From an uncultured Candidatus Saccharibacteria bacterium (lineage in GTDB: Bacteria; Patescibacteriota; Minisyncoccia; Phycocordibacterales; CAYSCM01), in assembly GCA_964429815.1 (NCBI GenBank), contig CAYSCM010000001.1, positions 256,001 through 320,000 on the forward strand: a DNA stretch of 64,000 bases, written 5' to 3'. Every line of letters starts with the position of its first letter. Within the stretch, counting starts at the first letter, position 1. Position numbers and translations under genes: made by a program. Shown piece after piece: positions 1 through 10,434 of the stretch. The notes beneath the pieces were generated by a model. It worked only from the letters and a program-made list of their open reading frames with translations, was not told the origin of the DNA and searched no databases.

Positions 1-20
1 TCCGTATCATCGATATCGTT

Positions 21-55
21 TGAAAAGAAAAGCGCCCGACCAAAGAGTCGGGCGC
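21..55 (-). terminator. rho-independent terminator (GCGCCCGAC/GTCGGGCGC stem followed by T-run on minus strand)
   Basis: 9-bp GC stem at 32-40/47-55; minus-strand continuation is ttttcttttca. Confidence 0.6.
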
Positions 56-72
56 GAACAACAGAGGATGCA

Positions 73-531
73 CTAGGTTCGAATGGCGCGGACGTTATCT
101 TTTTTTCTTTGCTCACGCATTGCGCGTTGTATATCGACAGCAATACTCCGGACTTCGTGGGCGGCCGGCACGATGCCGATGATGAGCAGAACAACCAACG
201 GATCGGCCCAATTCCATGGAACGAAGCCAAACTTAGTTATGGGCCCGGCTAAACAGCCGAATATGTGGGCGGAAAGAATCAGTATGAAAGCGGAGAACCA
301 CTCGAGGGATTCATCTTCCATCATTTTGTTTATCATCCAGAAGGCATAGAGAATGAGATCGGCAAGGAACAGAAGACCCACCCATATAATGATCAGCCCG
401 GAGATGCCCCCTCTGTCTTTAGCCCCCCTCGCCGCGTCCTTCACGAAAGCCGTATTCACGGAGTCGCCAAGCCATACGGCAAAGTAGGCTATGACGAGGC
501 TGAGAGCAATAGTTAGGATTCGGTTGGACAT
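73..531 (-). CDS. hypothetical integral membrane protein
   Basis: ORF with several hydrophobic segments; internal ATG at 531 preceded by GGAGAGG RBS; longer ORF to 597 lacks RBS. Confidence 0.55.
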   Translation of the reverse strand: MSNRILTIALSLVIAYFAVWLGDSVNTAFVKDAARGAKDRGGISGLIIIWVGLLFLADLILYAFWMINKMMEDESLEWFSAFILILSAHIFGCLAGPITKFGFVPWNWADPLVVLLIIGIVPAAHEVRSIAVDIQRAMREQRKKDNVRAIRT

Positions 532-627
532 TTTCCTCTCCGCAGTTGGGAATGAACAGCTTCGTAAGTATTTAACAAAGATTTTTGTTTCTGTCAAGTT
601 TCAATACTTGCTGATATACTTTTTTGA

Positions 628-1050
628 ATGAAATTCACCATCTATACCGACGGGGGAGCGAGGGGAAATCCCGGACCTGCGGGACTCGGTGCGGTCATTG
701 TCGACGAGAAGGGGAAGGTTTTGAAAGAAATTTCTAAATTTCTCGGCCATCAGACGAATAATTTTGCCGAATACGAGGCGATTATTGCGGCGCTCACCGA
801 ACTTAAAAAAATTGTTCCCGAAGGAAAGCGAAAAGATACGCAGGTTGAGATGAAAATGGACAGCGAACTTGCTGTGCGGCAGCTCTCGGGGAAATACCAA
901 ATTAAAACAGAGAGTCTGTTTCCAAAATTTATAGCCATTCACAATATGCGGGTGAAAGATTTCCCGAATATCACCTTCACCCATGTGCGCCGAGAGCAAA
1001 ATAAGGAAGCGGACAGACTTGCGAACGAAGCGATGGACCGTGGTGCGTAA
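628..1050 (+). CDS. rnhA: ribonuclease H
   Basis: MKFTIYTDGGARGNPGPAGLGAVI... and C-terminal RREQNKEADRLAN are the classic RNase H fold motifs. Confidence 0.85.
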   Translation: MKFTIYTDGGARGNPGPAGLGAVIVDEKGKVLKEISKFLGHQTNNFAEYEAIIAALTELKKIVPEGKRKDTQVEMKMDSELAVRQLSGKYQIKTESLFPKFIAIHNMRVKDFPNITFTHVRREQNKEADRLANEAMDRGA

Positions 1051-1052
1051 GT

Positions 1053-2558
1053 ATGCGAGACAAAATTTTTCTCTGGCTCATTCTCGGGTTTGCGGGCGGG
1101 ATCCTGCTTCGTTCGTTTTTTGATTTCGGACTTTTTCTTCCGATCATTTTTTCGGTCGTCGCTTTTTCCGTCATTCTCTCCCGTGCGTTTTGGGATACAT
1201 CCACCGCCGCGGCACTCCTCGTCGCGGCGGCTCTCTTCGGCTGCTCCCTGGGCATGCTCCGCTATGAAAAAGCGGATCTTCCCAAAAATCCCCTCATTGA
1301 GTCGTTTCAGGAAAAAAATGTGGCAGCAGAGGGTGTAGTGGTAGGCGAGCCAGATGAGCGAGAAAACTCAACATTGCTCTACGTCCGGCTCGACAAGATC
1401 GAAGACCAAAGCGTCAACGAAAAAATTCTTGCGGTTGTGGAGCTGTATCCAAAAATATCCTACGGTGATGAAATTACGTTGTCTGGAAAGATTCAATACC
1501 CACAGAACTTTGAAACTGACACGGGAAGAGTATTCGATTACCGCGCATATCTTGCGAAAGAGGGAATTACGTACGAAATGACATTCCCGAAACTTTCAAT
1601 AGAAGGGCACGAGAAAGGAAATCCCGTTCTCGAAGCTCTATTTACACTTAAAGAAAAATTTTTACACAATGTCGAGCAGGTTATACCGGAGCCAGATGCA
1701 TCACTGCTCGGGGGTCTCGTCGTCGGCGCAAAACACTCGCTCGGAAAAGAGCTCCTCGATGATTTTCGCACCGTCGGCGTCGTGCATATCGTTGTGCTTT
1801 CCGGCTACAACGTCACCATTGTTGCTGACTTCATTCAAAAAGTATTCTCCTTTTTGCCCCGCTATGTCGGCATCGGGCTCGGCTCGCTTTCCATCGTCTT
1901 TTTCGCGCTCATGACCGGGGCGACCGCGACGACCGTGCGTGCGAGCATCATGGCACTCCTGGCGATTGTCGCCCGCGCGACAGGGCGCACCTACGTCATC
2001 ACCCGAGCTCTCGTGTTGGCGGGTTTTTTCATGCTTCTCCAAAATCCCCACATCCTCGTCTTCGATACCTCGTTTCAACTCTCGTTCCTCTCAACCCTTG
2101 CGCTCATCTATGTCTCCCCGCTCGTTGAGGCAAGACTTCTTTGGATTCCGGAGAAGTTTGGACTGCGCGAGATTGTGACCGCAACCATTTCGACACAAAT
2201 TTTCGTGTTACCGTTTCTCCTCTATACCACCGGCATCTTCTCTGTCGTTTCATTACCCGCCAACCTCCTCATTTTGCCTTTGGTGCCGGTGACCATGCTC
2301 TTCGGATTTCTCGCGGGTACCCTCGGTTTCGTGAATCTCATCGTGGCGGCACCGTTTTCTTGGGCCGCCACCGCGCTCCTCTCGTTCATGCTCTTTGTCG
2401 TCAAAGAATTAGCGTCGGCACCGTTTGCCGCTGTCGTACTGCCAGCGTTTCCGTTTCTCCTCGTCATGTTCTGGTACGGTCTATATGCGTATGGGTATGT
2501 AAAAATGAGAAAGCCCGCCGCAGCGGAAGCTGCGGCGGGCGCTGCTGCAAGAAGTTAA
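1053..2558 (+). CDS. comEC: ComEC/Rec2 family protein, membrane channel domain only (no MBL domain)
   Basis: polytopic membrane protein with DUF4131-like N-terminus and Competence domain; MBL domain encoded separately at 4268..5125. Confidence 0.7.
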   Translation: MRDKIFLWLILGFAGGILLRSFFDFGLFLPIIFSVVAFSVILSRAFWDTSTAAALLVAAALFGCSLGMLRYEKADLPKNPLIESFQEKNVAAEGVVVGEPDERENSTLLYVRLDKIEDQSVNEKILAVVELYPKISYGDEITLSGKIQYPQNFETDTGRVFDYRAYLAKEGITYEMTFPKLSIEGHEKGNPVLEALFTLKEKFLHNVEQVIPEPDASLLGGLVVGAKHSLGKELLDDFRTVGVVHIVVLSGYNVTIVADFIQKVFSFLPRYVGIGLGSLSIVFFALMTGATATTVRASIMALLAIVARATGRTYVITRALVLAGFFMLLQNPHILVFDTSFQLSFLSTLALIYVSPLVEARLLWIPEKFGLREIVTATISTQIFVLPFLLYTTGIFSVVSLPANLLILPLVPVTMLFGFLAGTLGFVNLIVAAPFSWAATALLSFMLFVVKELASAPFAAVVLPAFPFLLVMFWYGLYAYGYVKMRKPAAAEAAAGAAARS

Positions 2559-3145
2559 GACGCCGCGGAGAAGCGTTTCTCCGCGACACTCCAGTTGAGG
2601 TTGCTCCAGAATGCGTCGATGTAGTTTTTCTTTTCCGCCGGCGCGTAGTCGACCATAAAGGCGTGTTCCCACATATCGAGCGCGAGAATGATCGGAAGCC
2701 CGGCAAGCTGTCCGAGCTCATGATCACCTACCCAATAGATATGGGGTGTTTTTCCTTTACCATCCCACGCAAGCACGGTCCAGCCGATGCCGCGCATGAG
2801 CCCGATATTTTTGAAGTGCGATTCAAACTCGGCGAGGGAGCCGTATTTCTCGACAAGAACCTCACCGAGCGCTCCAGATTCCAAAAGGCCAGCGGGGCCA
2901 CTCTCCCACTGCTCGAAGTAGTACTCGTGCATGCGCATGCCGTTGAACTCGAAACCAAAGCGGCGCATCACCTCGCCGAGGGCGTACGCGTTCTTTTCGC
3001 TGTCGCTTCGAAGATCAGCAAGGACCTCCCGCAGATGGTTGGTGAATTTCACATAGCCAGCGTAGAGCTTGAGGTGCACGTCGAGCTGCTTCTGCGATAT
3101 TCCTCTGAGCTCGGGCAAGGAGAATTTCTGCTCTGCGTAGATCAT
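2555..3145 (-). CDS. sodA: Fe/Mn superoxide dismutase
   Basis: LPELRGISQKQLDVHLKLYAGYV..., DMWEHAF motif. Confidence 0.9.
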   Translation of the reverse strand: MIYAEQKFSLPELRGISQKQLDVHLKLYAGYVKFTNHLREVLADLRSDSEKNAYALGEVMRRFGFEFNGMRMHEYYFEQWESGPAGLLESGALGEVLVEKYGSLAEFESHFKNIGLMRGIGWTVLAWDGKGKTPHIYWVGDHELGQLAGLPIILALDMWEHAFMVDYAPAEKKNYIDAFWSNLNWSVAEKRFSAAS

Positions 3146-3261
3146 GGTGCCGCTTAGTATAGCATCGGCACAATGATTTTCCGGTGTGTCTACCTTGTGG
3201 CCATGTATCGGCGTGGTTCAATACAGGGAGCACCTCAGTTCTCTACAGAAAGGGCAAGAGC

Positions 3262-4209
3262 ATGAAACGACTCTTCCTCATCGTATTATTCTGCGTTTTC
3301 TCGGTGCCGACGTACGGCCAAGTGCAGCTCCTTCGTTCTGACCCTCATAAAGCGGTATGGGCCACATACGCCTACATTCTTCAGAACTCCCTGCGTCGTA
3401 TCGATGTAGCGACCTGTGGGGAGCCCATCCGACGCGCCATCGGAAAAGTTCTCGCGTCCAAAGATGACCCCTTCACCCTCGTCGAGCAGAACTTTATTTT
3501 GCAGACTCGCGGATGCTTTGATCATTACTCGCAGTTCGTCCTGTTCCGAAGGACTCCCAATCCGCCCCAAGAAAATACCTCCGGAGGAACAACGAAGCTC
3601 GCGTACCGGACGGTCATCGGTGCTCCGCTGACCGAGACGACGCAGTACGTACTTATCGAGCGTTTTGGCTCCATGACAGCGCGCGACTTTGCTCGGGAGC
3701 TGTCTTCCACCAGGGGAATGCGCAACCTCGTCCTTGACCTTCGGGACAATCCGGGCGGAAGCCTCGATGGCGCGCTTAGCATCGCGCACCTCTTTGCGCG
3801 CTCCGAGAAGCTTGTCCTCGCGGAGTACGTATTCAAGAACGGGGACGTCAAGACGCTCGTGACGACCTCCGCGGGAATATTCCGTCACGTTCGCATCATC
3901 ATGCTGGTCAACCGCAATACGGCCTCCGCGGGGGAGGCTCTTGCAGGGGCGATCCGGTGCAGCGCCGGGGATGCCCGCATTCTCGGGGAGAGGACGTACG
4001 GCAAGGGCGTGTTCCAAAACGCCCTCGTTCTCGATGAGGGCATTGGCCTCTATCTCACGGCCGGAGAGTACTTCGTCGCCGGGGACCGTGTTCGCGGCAA
4101 GATCCAGGGCATCGGGCTCCTGCCGGATGTACTTCTCCCGAATACGCGACCGACGGAGGTCGACCGCGATGTCGCTGTGAAAATGGCGCTTACGCTCCTC
4201 GAAAAGTAG
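3262..4209 (+). CDS. S41 family C-terminal processing peptidase with signal peptide
   Basis: MKRLFLIVLFCVFSVPTYG signal; NLVLDLRDNPGGSL and TASAGE S41 motifs; start chosen at signal peptide Met. Confidence 0.75.
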   Translation: MKRLFLIVLFCVFSVPTYGQVQLLRSDPHKAVWATYAYILQNSLRRIDVATCGEPIRRAIGKVLASKDDPFTLVEQNFILQTRGCFDHYSQFVLFRRTPNPPQENTSGGTTKLAYRTVIGAPLTETTQYVLIERFGSMTARDFARELSSTRGMRNLVLDLRDNPGGSLDGALSIAHLFARSEKLVLAEYVFKNGDVKTLVTTSAGIFRHVRIIMLVNRNTASAGEALAGAIRCSAGDARILGERTYGKGVFQNALVLDEGIGLYLTAGEYFVAGDRVRGKIQGIGLLPDVLLPNTRPTEVDRDVAVKMALTLLEK

Positions 4210-4212
4210 CGG

Positions 4213-4250
4213 ACGGGCGCGACCCTTGGTCGCGCCCTCTTTCTTTTTTA
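4213..4250 (+). terminator. rho-independent terminator
   Basis: GGGCGCGAC-cctt-GGTCGCGCCC hairpin followed by tctttctttttt. Confidence 0.65.
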
Positions 4251-4267
4251 TATATAGTAGTGCCGCT

Positions 4268-5125
4268 ATGCAGAGACTCCGTCAGCGCGTCCTACTCTCC
4301 ATCGTTCTCGTGCTCGCCGCCGCCGCAGCGCTTTCGCTCTATGCGCTCGTGCGCGAGAGCGCACATCTCCTCACCGTGGCCTTCCTCGATGTCGGACAGG
4401 GCGATGCCATCTATATAGAATCGCCAACAGGCACTCAAATCGTCGTCGATGGCGGCCCAAACAGCGCGCTCCTGCGTGAGCTTGGCAGAGTTATGCCGCT
4501 CTACGACCGCTCCCTCGACGCAATCGTGGTGACGAATCCCGATGCGGATCACTTCTCCGGTTTTATTGACCTGTTATCCCGTTACAAGGTTGGCATCGAG
4601 CTCGAGCCGGGAACGGAAAAACACACGGTAACCTATCAGACGCTCGAGAATACGCTTAGAGAAAAAGGCGTGAAGCAGATCATTGCGCGACGGGGGATGG
4701 TCTTTAATCTCGGCGGCGGTGCACACCTGGATGTTCTCTACCCCGACAAAGATGTCTCGACGTACACACCAAACGATGGCTCCATTGTCATGCGCCTTGT
4801 CTATGGAAGCACAAATATCCTCCTCATGGGCGACGCGACGGCAAAAGTGGAGAGTCGTCTCCTCGCCATCGCCTCATCGACCTCATACAAGACCGATATT
4901 TTAAAACTCGGCCACCACGGTTCCAAGACGAGCTCCTCGCAGGCATGGCTCGCAGCAGCCTCTCCCGCCTACGCTATAATCTCCGCCGGGCTCAAGAATC
5001 GCTATGGGCTACCGAGCCCGGTCGTCACAGAGCGCCTCGCGAGCGACAGCATCCCGACGCTTGAGACGTTTCGCGATGGCACCCTTATTTTTGAGTCAGA
5101 CGGGAAAAACTTTGTACGAAAGTAA
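4268..5125 (+). CDS. ComEC-type metallo-beta-lactamase domain protein (second half of split ComEC)
   Basis: N-terminal TM then FLDVGQGDAIYIE, HHGS MBL motifs typical of ComEC C-terminal domain. Confidence 0.7.
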   Translation: MQRLRQRVLLSIVLVLAAAAALSLYALVRESAHLLTVAFLDVGQGDAIYIESPTGTQIVVDGGPNSALLRELGRVMPLYDRSLDAIVVTNPDADHFSGFIDLLSRYKVGIELEPGTEKHTVTYQTLENTLREKGVKQIIARRGMVFNLGGGAHLDVLYPDKDVSTYTPNDGSIVMRLVYGSTNILLMGDATAKVESRLLAIASSTSYKTDILKLGHHGSKTSSSQAWLAAASPAYAIISAGLKNRYGLPSPVVTERLASDSIPTLETFRDGTLIFESDGKNFVRK

Positions 5126-5149
5126 AACCGCCCTGCAGGGCGGTTTTAC
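5124..5149. terminator. bidirectional terminator (palindrome AACCGCCCTGCAGGGCGGTT)
   Basis: perfect palindrome flanked by A-run and T-run between convergent genes. Confidence 0.7.
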
Positions 5150-5392
5150 TTAGATAATCCCGGCGTCTTTGAGAGCCCTGAACGCGCCTTTCTTGTTGAT
5201 GGTTTTGATGCCGGCGGTTGAGACGTTGAGCACAAAGGTTTTCTGTAGCTCGGGAACAAAGATGCGGCGGCGCTGGATGTTGGGCTGGCGGCGAACTTTG
5301 CCGGACGGGTTAAACTGCGTCGCGCGGACGCGATTGCTGTAGCGGCCCCCGACCAGCGAGCCCTTTCCGGTTATGGCGCAAACTTTAGCCAT
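5150..5392 (-). CDS. rpmB: 50S ribosomal protein L28
   Basis: MAKVCAITGKGSLVGGRYSNRVRATQ... L28 signature. Confidence 0.85.
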   Translation of the reverse strand: MAKVCAITGKGSLVGGRYSNRVRATQFNPSGKVRRQPNIQRRRIFVPELQKTFVLNVSTAGIKTINKKGAFRALKDAGII

Positions 5393-5448
5393 GATTTCGA
5401 GACCTTATCACAACTGCTGGATCTACGCAAAATCGGCTCTGTGCTAGG

Positions 5449-6090
5449 ATGGTCTTCACGATGGACACTCTCTTTCAGATCATCGTCCTCATTTTTTCCG
5501 TCATTCTCCACGAGGTCTCTCACGGCTATGTCGCGGAGCTCTACGGCGACCCGACCGCGCGGCTCCAGGGGCGCCTTACGCTAAATCCTCTGCGGCACAT
5601 CGACCCATTCGGCTCCGTCATACTTCCCGCACTCCTCGTGCTCTCCGGCTCGCGCGTCCTCATCGGCTGGGCCAAGCCAGTGCCCTACAACCCATACAAC
5701 CTCAAAGGCCGCTTCGCCGAGACCATGGTCGCGCTCGCCGGAGTATTCACAAACCTACTCATTGCCGTCCTTTTCGGCCTCCTCATCCGCTTTGCGGGAG
5801 CGATGATGTCGCCGGCATTTCTCTCGCTCATCAGCACCGTCGTTTACATAAATCTCGTGCTCGCTCTCTTCAATCTCGTGCCTATTCCGCCGCTCGATGG
5901 CTCGCGCGCACTCATTTCTCTCCTGCCGTACCGCCTTCTCGAAACATATCGCCGCTTCGAGGGCGCCATCGCGAGTTTCGGCCTTATCGCCTCGTTTCTT
6001 TTTCTCTTTCTCGTCATTCAGCTTATCTGGCCATTTTTCTCAACGCTCATCCAGTACCTCTTCGTGCTCATTACGGGTGTTTCGCTTTGA
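5449..6090 (+). CDS. site-2 protease family (peptidase M50) membrane metalloprotease
   Basis: HEVSHGYVAELYGD HExxH motif in TM helix, multiple TM segments. Confidence 0.75.
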   Translation: MVFTMDTLFQIIVLIFSVILHEVSHGYVAELYGDPTARLQGRLTLNPLRHIDPFGSVILPALLVLSGSRVLIGWAKPVPYNPYNLKGRFAETMVALAGVFTNLLIAVLFGLLIRFAGAMMSPAFLSLISTVVYINLVLALFNLVPIPPLDGSRALISLLPYRLLETYRRFEGAIASFGLIASFLFLFLVIQLIWPFFSTLIQYLFVLITGVSL

Positions 6091-6170
6091 AATGAAGGCG
6101 CGATTTGCGCCCCGGAGCTCTCTATAGTAGAGTGGCCATGCGCAAAAGGCGCGTTTTTGTTTTAGAAAAA

Positions 6171-6581
6171 ATGTCCACAATAAACCAGCTCGTGAAGCGA
6201 AAGCGCAAGGACGCGAAGCGCAAAACCAAGACGCTCGCTCTTACCTATGGCTTCAACACGCTTGAGAACCGCCCGAGCAATTTTAAGTCGCCCTTCAAGC
6301 GCGGTGTGTGCACGAAAGTCACCACCAAGACCCCTCGCAAGCCTAACTCTGCTATTCGCAAGATCGCCCGCGTTCGCCTCACCAACGGCACCGAAATCAC
6401 CGCCTACATTCCCGGTATGGGGCACACCCTCCAAGAGCATTCGGTAGTGCTTGTGCGTGGAGGTCGCGTAAAGGACGTTGGTCTTCGCTACCAGATTGTG
6501 CGTGGTAAGTACGATGCTACGGGTGTCGATACGCGCCGCCAGGGCCGCTCTCGCTACGGTAACAAGCGACCTAAGGGTTAA
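6171..6581 (+). CDS. rpsL: 30S ribosomal protein S12
   Basis: [13 protein letters not shown]...PKKPNSA..RGGRVKDLPGVRY pattern; start trimmed to conserved N-terminus. Confidence 0.95.
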   Translation: MSTINQLVKRKRKDAKRKTKTLALTYGFNTLENRPSNFKSPFKRGVCTKVTTKTPRKPNSAIRKIARVRLTNGTEITAYIPGMGHTLQEHSVVLVRGGRVKDVGLRYQIVRGKYDATGVDTRRQGRSRYGNKRPKG

Positions 6582-6647
6582 AAATCAGGATATGAATAAT
6601 CTAGCTATAGCAAAGTTATTCATACGCCAACATCGACAAAGATAATC

Positions 6648-7112
6648 ATGAGAAGGAAAGTTAAGAAGCGAAATATTCCCGGACCGGATCTTGTCTATCA
6701 AAATCCGAAGGTTCACAAGCTCATCAACTACGTGATGAAGGAGGGGAAGAAGAACGCTGCACGCAAAATCGTGTACGGCGCGTTCGATATCATCAAAAAA
6801 GATCATGGCGATCCGGTCGAAGTCCTTGAGCTCGCGCTCAAAAACGTCGGCCCGACTATGGAGGTTCGCTCTCGCCGCGTCGGCGGTGCCAACTACCAGG
6901 TGCCGCGCGAAGTGCGCCCGGAGCGCCGACTCGCTCTCTCCTACCGCTGGCTCCTCGACGCTGCAAATGGCAAGAAGGGAAAGCCTATGGCCGTAAAACT
7001 TGCTGACGAAATTCTCTCTGCTTCGAAAAACGAGGGTTCAGCCGTGAAAAAGCGCGAAGATACGCACAAGATGGCGGAATCTAACCGCGCCTTTGCTCAC
7101 TTTGCGTGGTGA
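6648..7112 (+). CDS. rpsG: 30S ribosomal protein S7
   Basis: conserved S7 sequence (KEGKKNAARKIVYGAF..., ANYQVPREVRPERR). Confidence 0.95.
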   Translation: MRRKVKKRNIPGPDLVYQNPKVHKLINYVMKEGKKNAARKIVYGAFDIIKKDHGDPVEVLELALKNVGPTMEVRSRRVGGANYQVPREVRPERRLALSYRWLLDAANGKKGKPMAVKLADEILSASKNEGSAVKKREDTHKMAESNRAFAHFAW

Positions 7113-7143
7113 TTTTCGAGTAAAGCGAAGAAAATTCTAGTTG

Positions 7144-7177
7144 CAAATTGGAGCATCCCGCTCCAATTTTGTTTTTC
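7144..7177 (+). terminator. rho-independent terminator after rpsG
   Basis: 10-bp stem AAATTGGAGC/GCTCCAATTT then tgtttttct. Confidence 0.7.
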
Positions 7178-7365
7178 TGTAGAAGCCAAGGGACACAGTA
7201 CTACGATAGTATCGCAGTATCTCGCAAGGCGCGTGCGCAGGTAGCGTTTATCTCCTGGGCGAAGCGCCTTGCGTCTAAATAACCTCGCAAAATTGGGGTC
7301 GAGGCGCCCACTTCGCCTAGTAAAAATCGCTCAGAAACGAGCAGTTTTTACTTGAAGGCGAAAAT

Positions 7366-7395
7366 ATTGACAATTATAAAACTCCAATTTATAAT
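7366..7395 (+). promoter_or_regulatory. consensus sigma70 promoter (TTGACA-18-TATAAT)
   Basis: TTGACA at 7366-7371, TATAAT at 7390-7395. Confidence 0.6.
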
Positions 7396-7432
7396 GATCC
7401 TAGTGGAATGAGTTCCAACTTTGGAGGAGAAT

Positions 7433-7873
7433 ATGTCCGAGATCTCGCTGATCTGGGTGCTCAGGCTCATCGGTCTCACCACCCTTCTGGGGCTCATTGC
7501 CTTACCGACGGGGATCCATTTTGTTAGACTTTTTATTTACCGACTCGAAAAGAGATGCAGCGTGCGGTTGGAAGCGGCCTCGGCATCACTCTATTTACTT
7601 AGAGAAAGTTTTCGACCCCTGCTCTATATCCCAACTGCGCTAGGGTATCTGCTGTGGATCGCATCGTTTCTTTCGGTGGTTGGGACGACGCCTCTCTTCG
7701 TTCTTTATCTTTTTAAGTCAGACTACCCAATCGCTAGCGCCATCGAGGCCGCTGCCGTATTGGCTGCCTACATAATCGGCTGGCGACTTGGGTCAAGCCT
7801 TCATTTTCTCCAGCTAAAAAAGCTGAATGACGAAGCGCTCCTCGACCTGTATCCCCCGAGTTATGATTATTAG
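7433..7873 (+). CDS. hypothetical small membrane protein inserted between rpsG and fusA
   Basis: GGAGGAG RBS 3 nt upstream of ATG; 3-4 TM segments; own promoter and terminator. Confidence 0.6.
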   Translation: MSEISLIWVLRLIGLTTLLGLIALPTGIHFVRLFIYRLEKRCSVRLEAASASLYLLRESFRPLLYIPTALGYLLWIASFLSVVGTTPLFVLYLFKSDYPIASAIEAAAVLAAYIIGWRLGSSLHFLQLKKLNDEALLDLYPPSYDY

Positions 7874-7885
7874 TACTTTGACGTA

Positions 7886-7915
7886 GAGGACCCGCAACGC
7901 GGGTCCTCTTTTTGC
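7886..7915 (+). terminator. rho-independent terminator
   Basis: GAGGACCCGC..GCGGGTCCTC stem followed by ttttt. Confidence 0.75.
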
Positions 7916-7970
7916 AAATTTTCCGCTTTGGAGTATTCTACACATCACGCCACTGGCGCTTATTTTATTT

Positions 7971-10118
7971 ATGAACCGGGACTATCCACTGGAGCGAGTA
8001 CGAAACTTCGGCATCATCGCGCACATCGATGCGGGGAAGACCACCACGTCCGAGCGCGTCCTTTTTTATACCGGCTCCCAGCACAAAATCGGGGAGGTGC
8101 ACGAAGGTGAGACCACGACCGACTGGATGGAGCAGGAGCGCGAGCGCGGCATTACCATTACCGCGGCCGCCATCACTTGCTTCTGGAGCAGGACTGATGA
8201 GGTGGACAAGAATAACAAAGAAAAGAAAACGCGCTTCAACATCATCGACACCCCGGGACACATCGACTTCACCGTCGAAGTGAAGCGCTCGCTTCGCGTG
8301 CTCGACGGGGCCGTCGTCGTTTTCGACGGTGTTGCAGGGGTCGAGCCACAATCCGAAACTAACTGGCGCTACGCGGATGAGGCTTCGGTGCCGCGCATCT
8401 GTTTCATCAACAAACTCGATCGCATGGGCGCCTCCTTTGAGCGCTCCTATCAGTCAATTCTCGACCGCCTCAACAAGAGGGCGGTACGCATGCAGCTCCC
8501 GATCGGGGCAGAGGAAAACTTCTCGGGTGTTGTCGATCTTCTCAAGATGAAAGCGTATCGCTTCGAAGGAAAAATGGGTGAGACCGTCATCGAGATGGAG
8601 ATCCCGGCAGAGCTGATGGATGAGGTTAAGAAGTATCGCGCCGAGCTCATCGAGCGCATCGTTGAAAACGACGATGATGCCATGAATGCCTACCTCGAGG
8701 GCACGGAGCCGTCGATCGATGAGCTCAAGAAAATCCTCCGTAAAGCCGTCATCGCCAATAACATTTTCCCCGTCTACACCGGAAGCGCGCTCAAGAACAA
8801 AGGCGTACAGCTCGTTCTCGACGCCGTCGTCGACTACCTTCCGTCCCCTATCGACCTCCCGCCGGTTAGGGGTACTGACCCAAAGACGGGCGAGGCCATC
8901 GAGCGCAAGCCCTCCGATGCGGATCCGTTCTGTGCGCTCGCCTTTAAGCTCCAGACTGACCCCTTCGTCGGAGCGCTCACGTTCTTCCGCGTCTACTCAG
9001 GCACGGTGGAGGCGGGCTCCTATATCTACAACTCCACGACCAGTACCAAGGAGCGCCTTGGCCGCATCGTGCGCCTTCAAGCGGACAAGCGCGAAGAGGT
9101 GAAGAAGGTGTTTGCCGGTGAAATTGCCGCCGCGGTCGGCCTTAAGGACACAAAGACCTCCCACACGCTATGCGACGAGAGTAAGCCCATCGTGCTCGAG
9201 CAGATCAAATTCCCCGAGCCGGTCATTTCGATGCGCATCGAGCCGAAGACCAAGCAGGACCAGGAAAAAATGGGCATGGCGCTCAAGAAGCTCTCCGATG
9301 AAGATCCGACGTTTAAGGTCTCCGCTGATTCCGAAACTATGGAAACGCTCATCTCGGGCATGGGTGAGCTTCACCTTGAAATTATCGTCGACCGCATGAA
9401 GCGTGAGTTTGGTGTCGAGGCAAACGTCGGCAAACCGCAAGTCGCGTATCGCGAAACTATCCAGAAAGAGGCGGATGCGGAAGGCAAGTACATCAAGCAA
9501 ACCGGCGGTCGCGGCCAGTACGGACACGTACGTATTAAGATCCAACCGCTCCAGCCGATCGATCCAGAGGCGAAGGTCAAGAAAAATGTTTCGCGCGAAG
9601 ATCACTTCGAATTCGTCAACAACATCAAGGGCGGTGTCATTCCGCAGGAGTACATCCCCGCGGTCGAGAAGGGTATCAAGGAAGCGATGGAGCGCGGCAT
9701 CGTCGCGGGCTTCCGCATGGTGGATATTTCTGTCGAGCTCTATGACGGCTCCTATCACGATGTCGACTCCTCGGAAATCGCCTTTAAGATCGCTGGTTCC
9801 ATGGCATTCCAGGATGCCGCCAAGAACGCTCACCCTGTCCTTCTCGAGCCGATTATGAAAGTGGAAGTTGTCGTTCCGGAGAAATTCGTCGGCGACATCA
9901 CCGGCTCTATCAACGGCAAGCGCGGGCAGATCGAGGGTATGGAAGAGCGAGGTATGGCTCGCGCCGTGCGCGCCAAGGTGCCGCTCTCTGAAATGTTCGG
10001 CTATACGACCGCACTCCGCTCCATGACGGAAGGACGCGCTTCCTTCACCATGGAATTTGATCACTACGAAGTGGTACCGCCAAACGTCGCAAAAGAAATT
10101 ACTGAATCTCGCAAGTAG
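7971..10118 (+). CDS. fusA: elongation factor G
   Basis: [10 protein letters not shown]1 motif, full-length EF-G homology. Confidence 0.95.
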   Translation: MNRDYPLERVRNFGIIAHIDAGKTTTSERVLFYTGSQHKIGEVHEGETTTDWMEQERERGITITAAAITCFWSRTDEVDKNNKEKKTRFNIIDTPGHIDFTVEVKRSLRVLDGAVVVFDGVAGVEPQSETNWRYADEASVPRICFINKLDRMGASFERSYQSILDRLNKRAVRMQLPIGAEENFSGVVDLLKMKAYRFEGKMGETVIEMEIPAELMDEVKKYRAELIERIVENDDDAMNAYLEGTEPSIDELKKILRKAVIANNIFPVYTGSALKNKGVQLVLDAVVDYLPSPIDLPPVRGTDPKTGEAIERKPSDADPFCALAFKLQTDPFVGALTFFRVYSGTVEAGSYIYNSTTSTKERLGRIVRLQADKREEVKKVFAGEIAAAVGLKDTKTSHTLCDESKPIVLEQIKFPEPVISMRIEPKTKQDQEKMGMALKKLSDEDPTFKVSADSETMETLISGMGELHLEIIVDRMKREFGVEANVGKPQVAYRETIQKEADAEGKYIKQTGGRGQYGHVRIKIQPLQPIDPEAKVKKNVSREDHFEFVNNIKGGVIPQEYIPAVEKGIKEAMERGIVAGFRMVDISVELYDGSYHDVDSSEIAFKIAGSMAFQDAAKNAHPVLLEPIMKVEVVVPEKFVGDITGSINGKRGQIEGMEERGMARAVRAKVPLSEMFGYTTALRSMTEGRASFTMEFDHYEVVPPNVAKEITESRK

Positions 10119-10120
10119 CA

Positions 10121-10146
10121 AAACCCGCTCTCTGGCGGGTTTTGCG
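10121..10146 (+). terminator. rho-independent terminator after fusA
   Basis: AACCCGC-tctctg-GCGGGTT then ttgcg. Confidence 0.6.
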
Positions 10147-10177
10147 CTAGTTTGTAAGAAGCACAGAGGAGTACCTC

Positions 10178-10351
10178 ATGAGTACGCAAAAAGCTAACCC
10201 CGATCCGTTCATCGAGGGCCATCTCCGTGATCGCTACGAGCGCGGCGAGCGGCCGGACTTTCGCGAGCCGCGAAATCCTCTGCCAAAGGTGCGTCCCGGT
10301 GCCTCGATGGAGGTCGTGCCGAGCTTTATCGCCGGACGTAAAAAGAAGTAG
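10178..10351 (+). CDS. small hypothetical protein (57 aa, basic)
   Basis: GAGGAG RBS 6 nt upstream; followed immediately by strong terminator; below ORF-track length cutoff. Confidence 0.45.
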   Translation: MSTQKANPDPFIEGHLRDRYERGERPDFREPRNPLPKVRPGASMEVVPSFIAGRKKK

Positions 10352-10352
10352 C

Positions 10353-10388
10353 GTGCGGGCCGCCCCTAGGCGGCCCGCGATTTATTTG
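10353..10388 (+). terminator. rho-independent terminator
   Basis: GCGGGCCGCC-cctag-GCGGCCCGC then gatttatttg. Confidence 0.7.
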
Positions 10389-10434
10389 CAATACTGCGGT
10401 TAACAACGTTCTTTCATAAACAGAGGAGAGAGTC

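Noticed and set aside
7190-7330. Inverted repeats GCAAGGCGC...GCGCCTTGC between the rpsG terminator and the next promoter, considered as an sRNA
   Set aside because: No promoter or terminator brackets it. It may simply be spacer remnant, so it is noted only here.
9168-10121. 317-aa minus-strand ORF inside fusA (and similar 11166..12119 inside tuf, 27210..28124 inside secY, 24830..25456 over rpsH-rplF)
   Set aside because: Lie entirely within highly conserved genes on the opposite strand. Composition is typical of GC-rich antisense artefacts.
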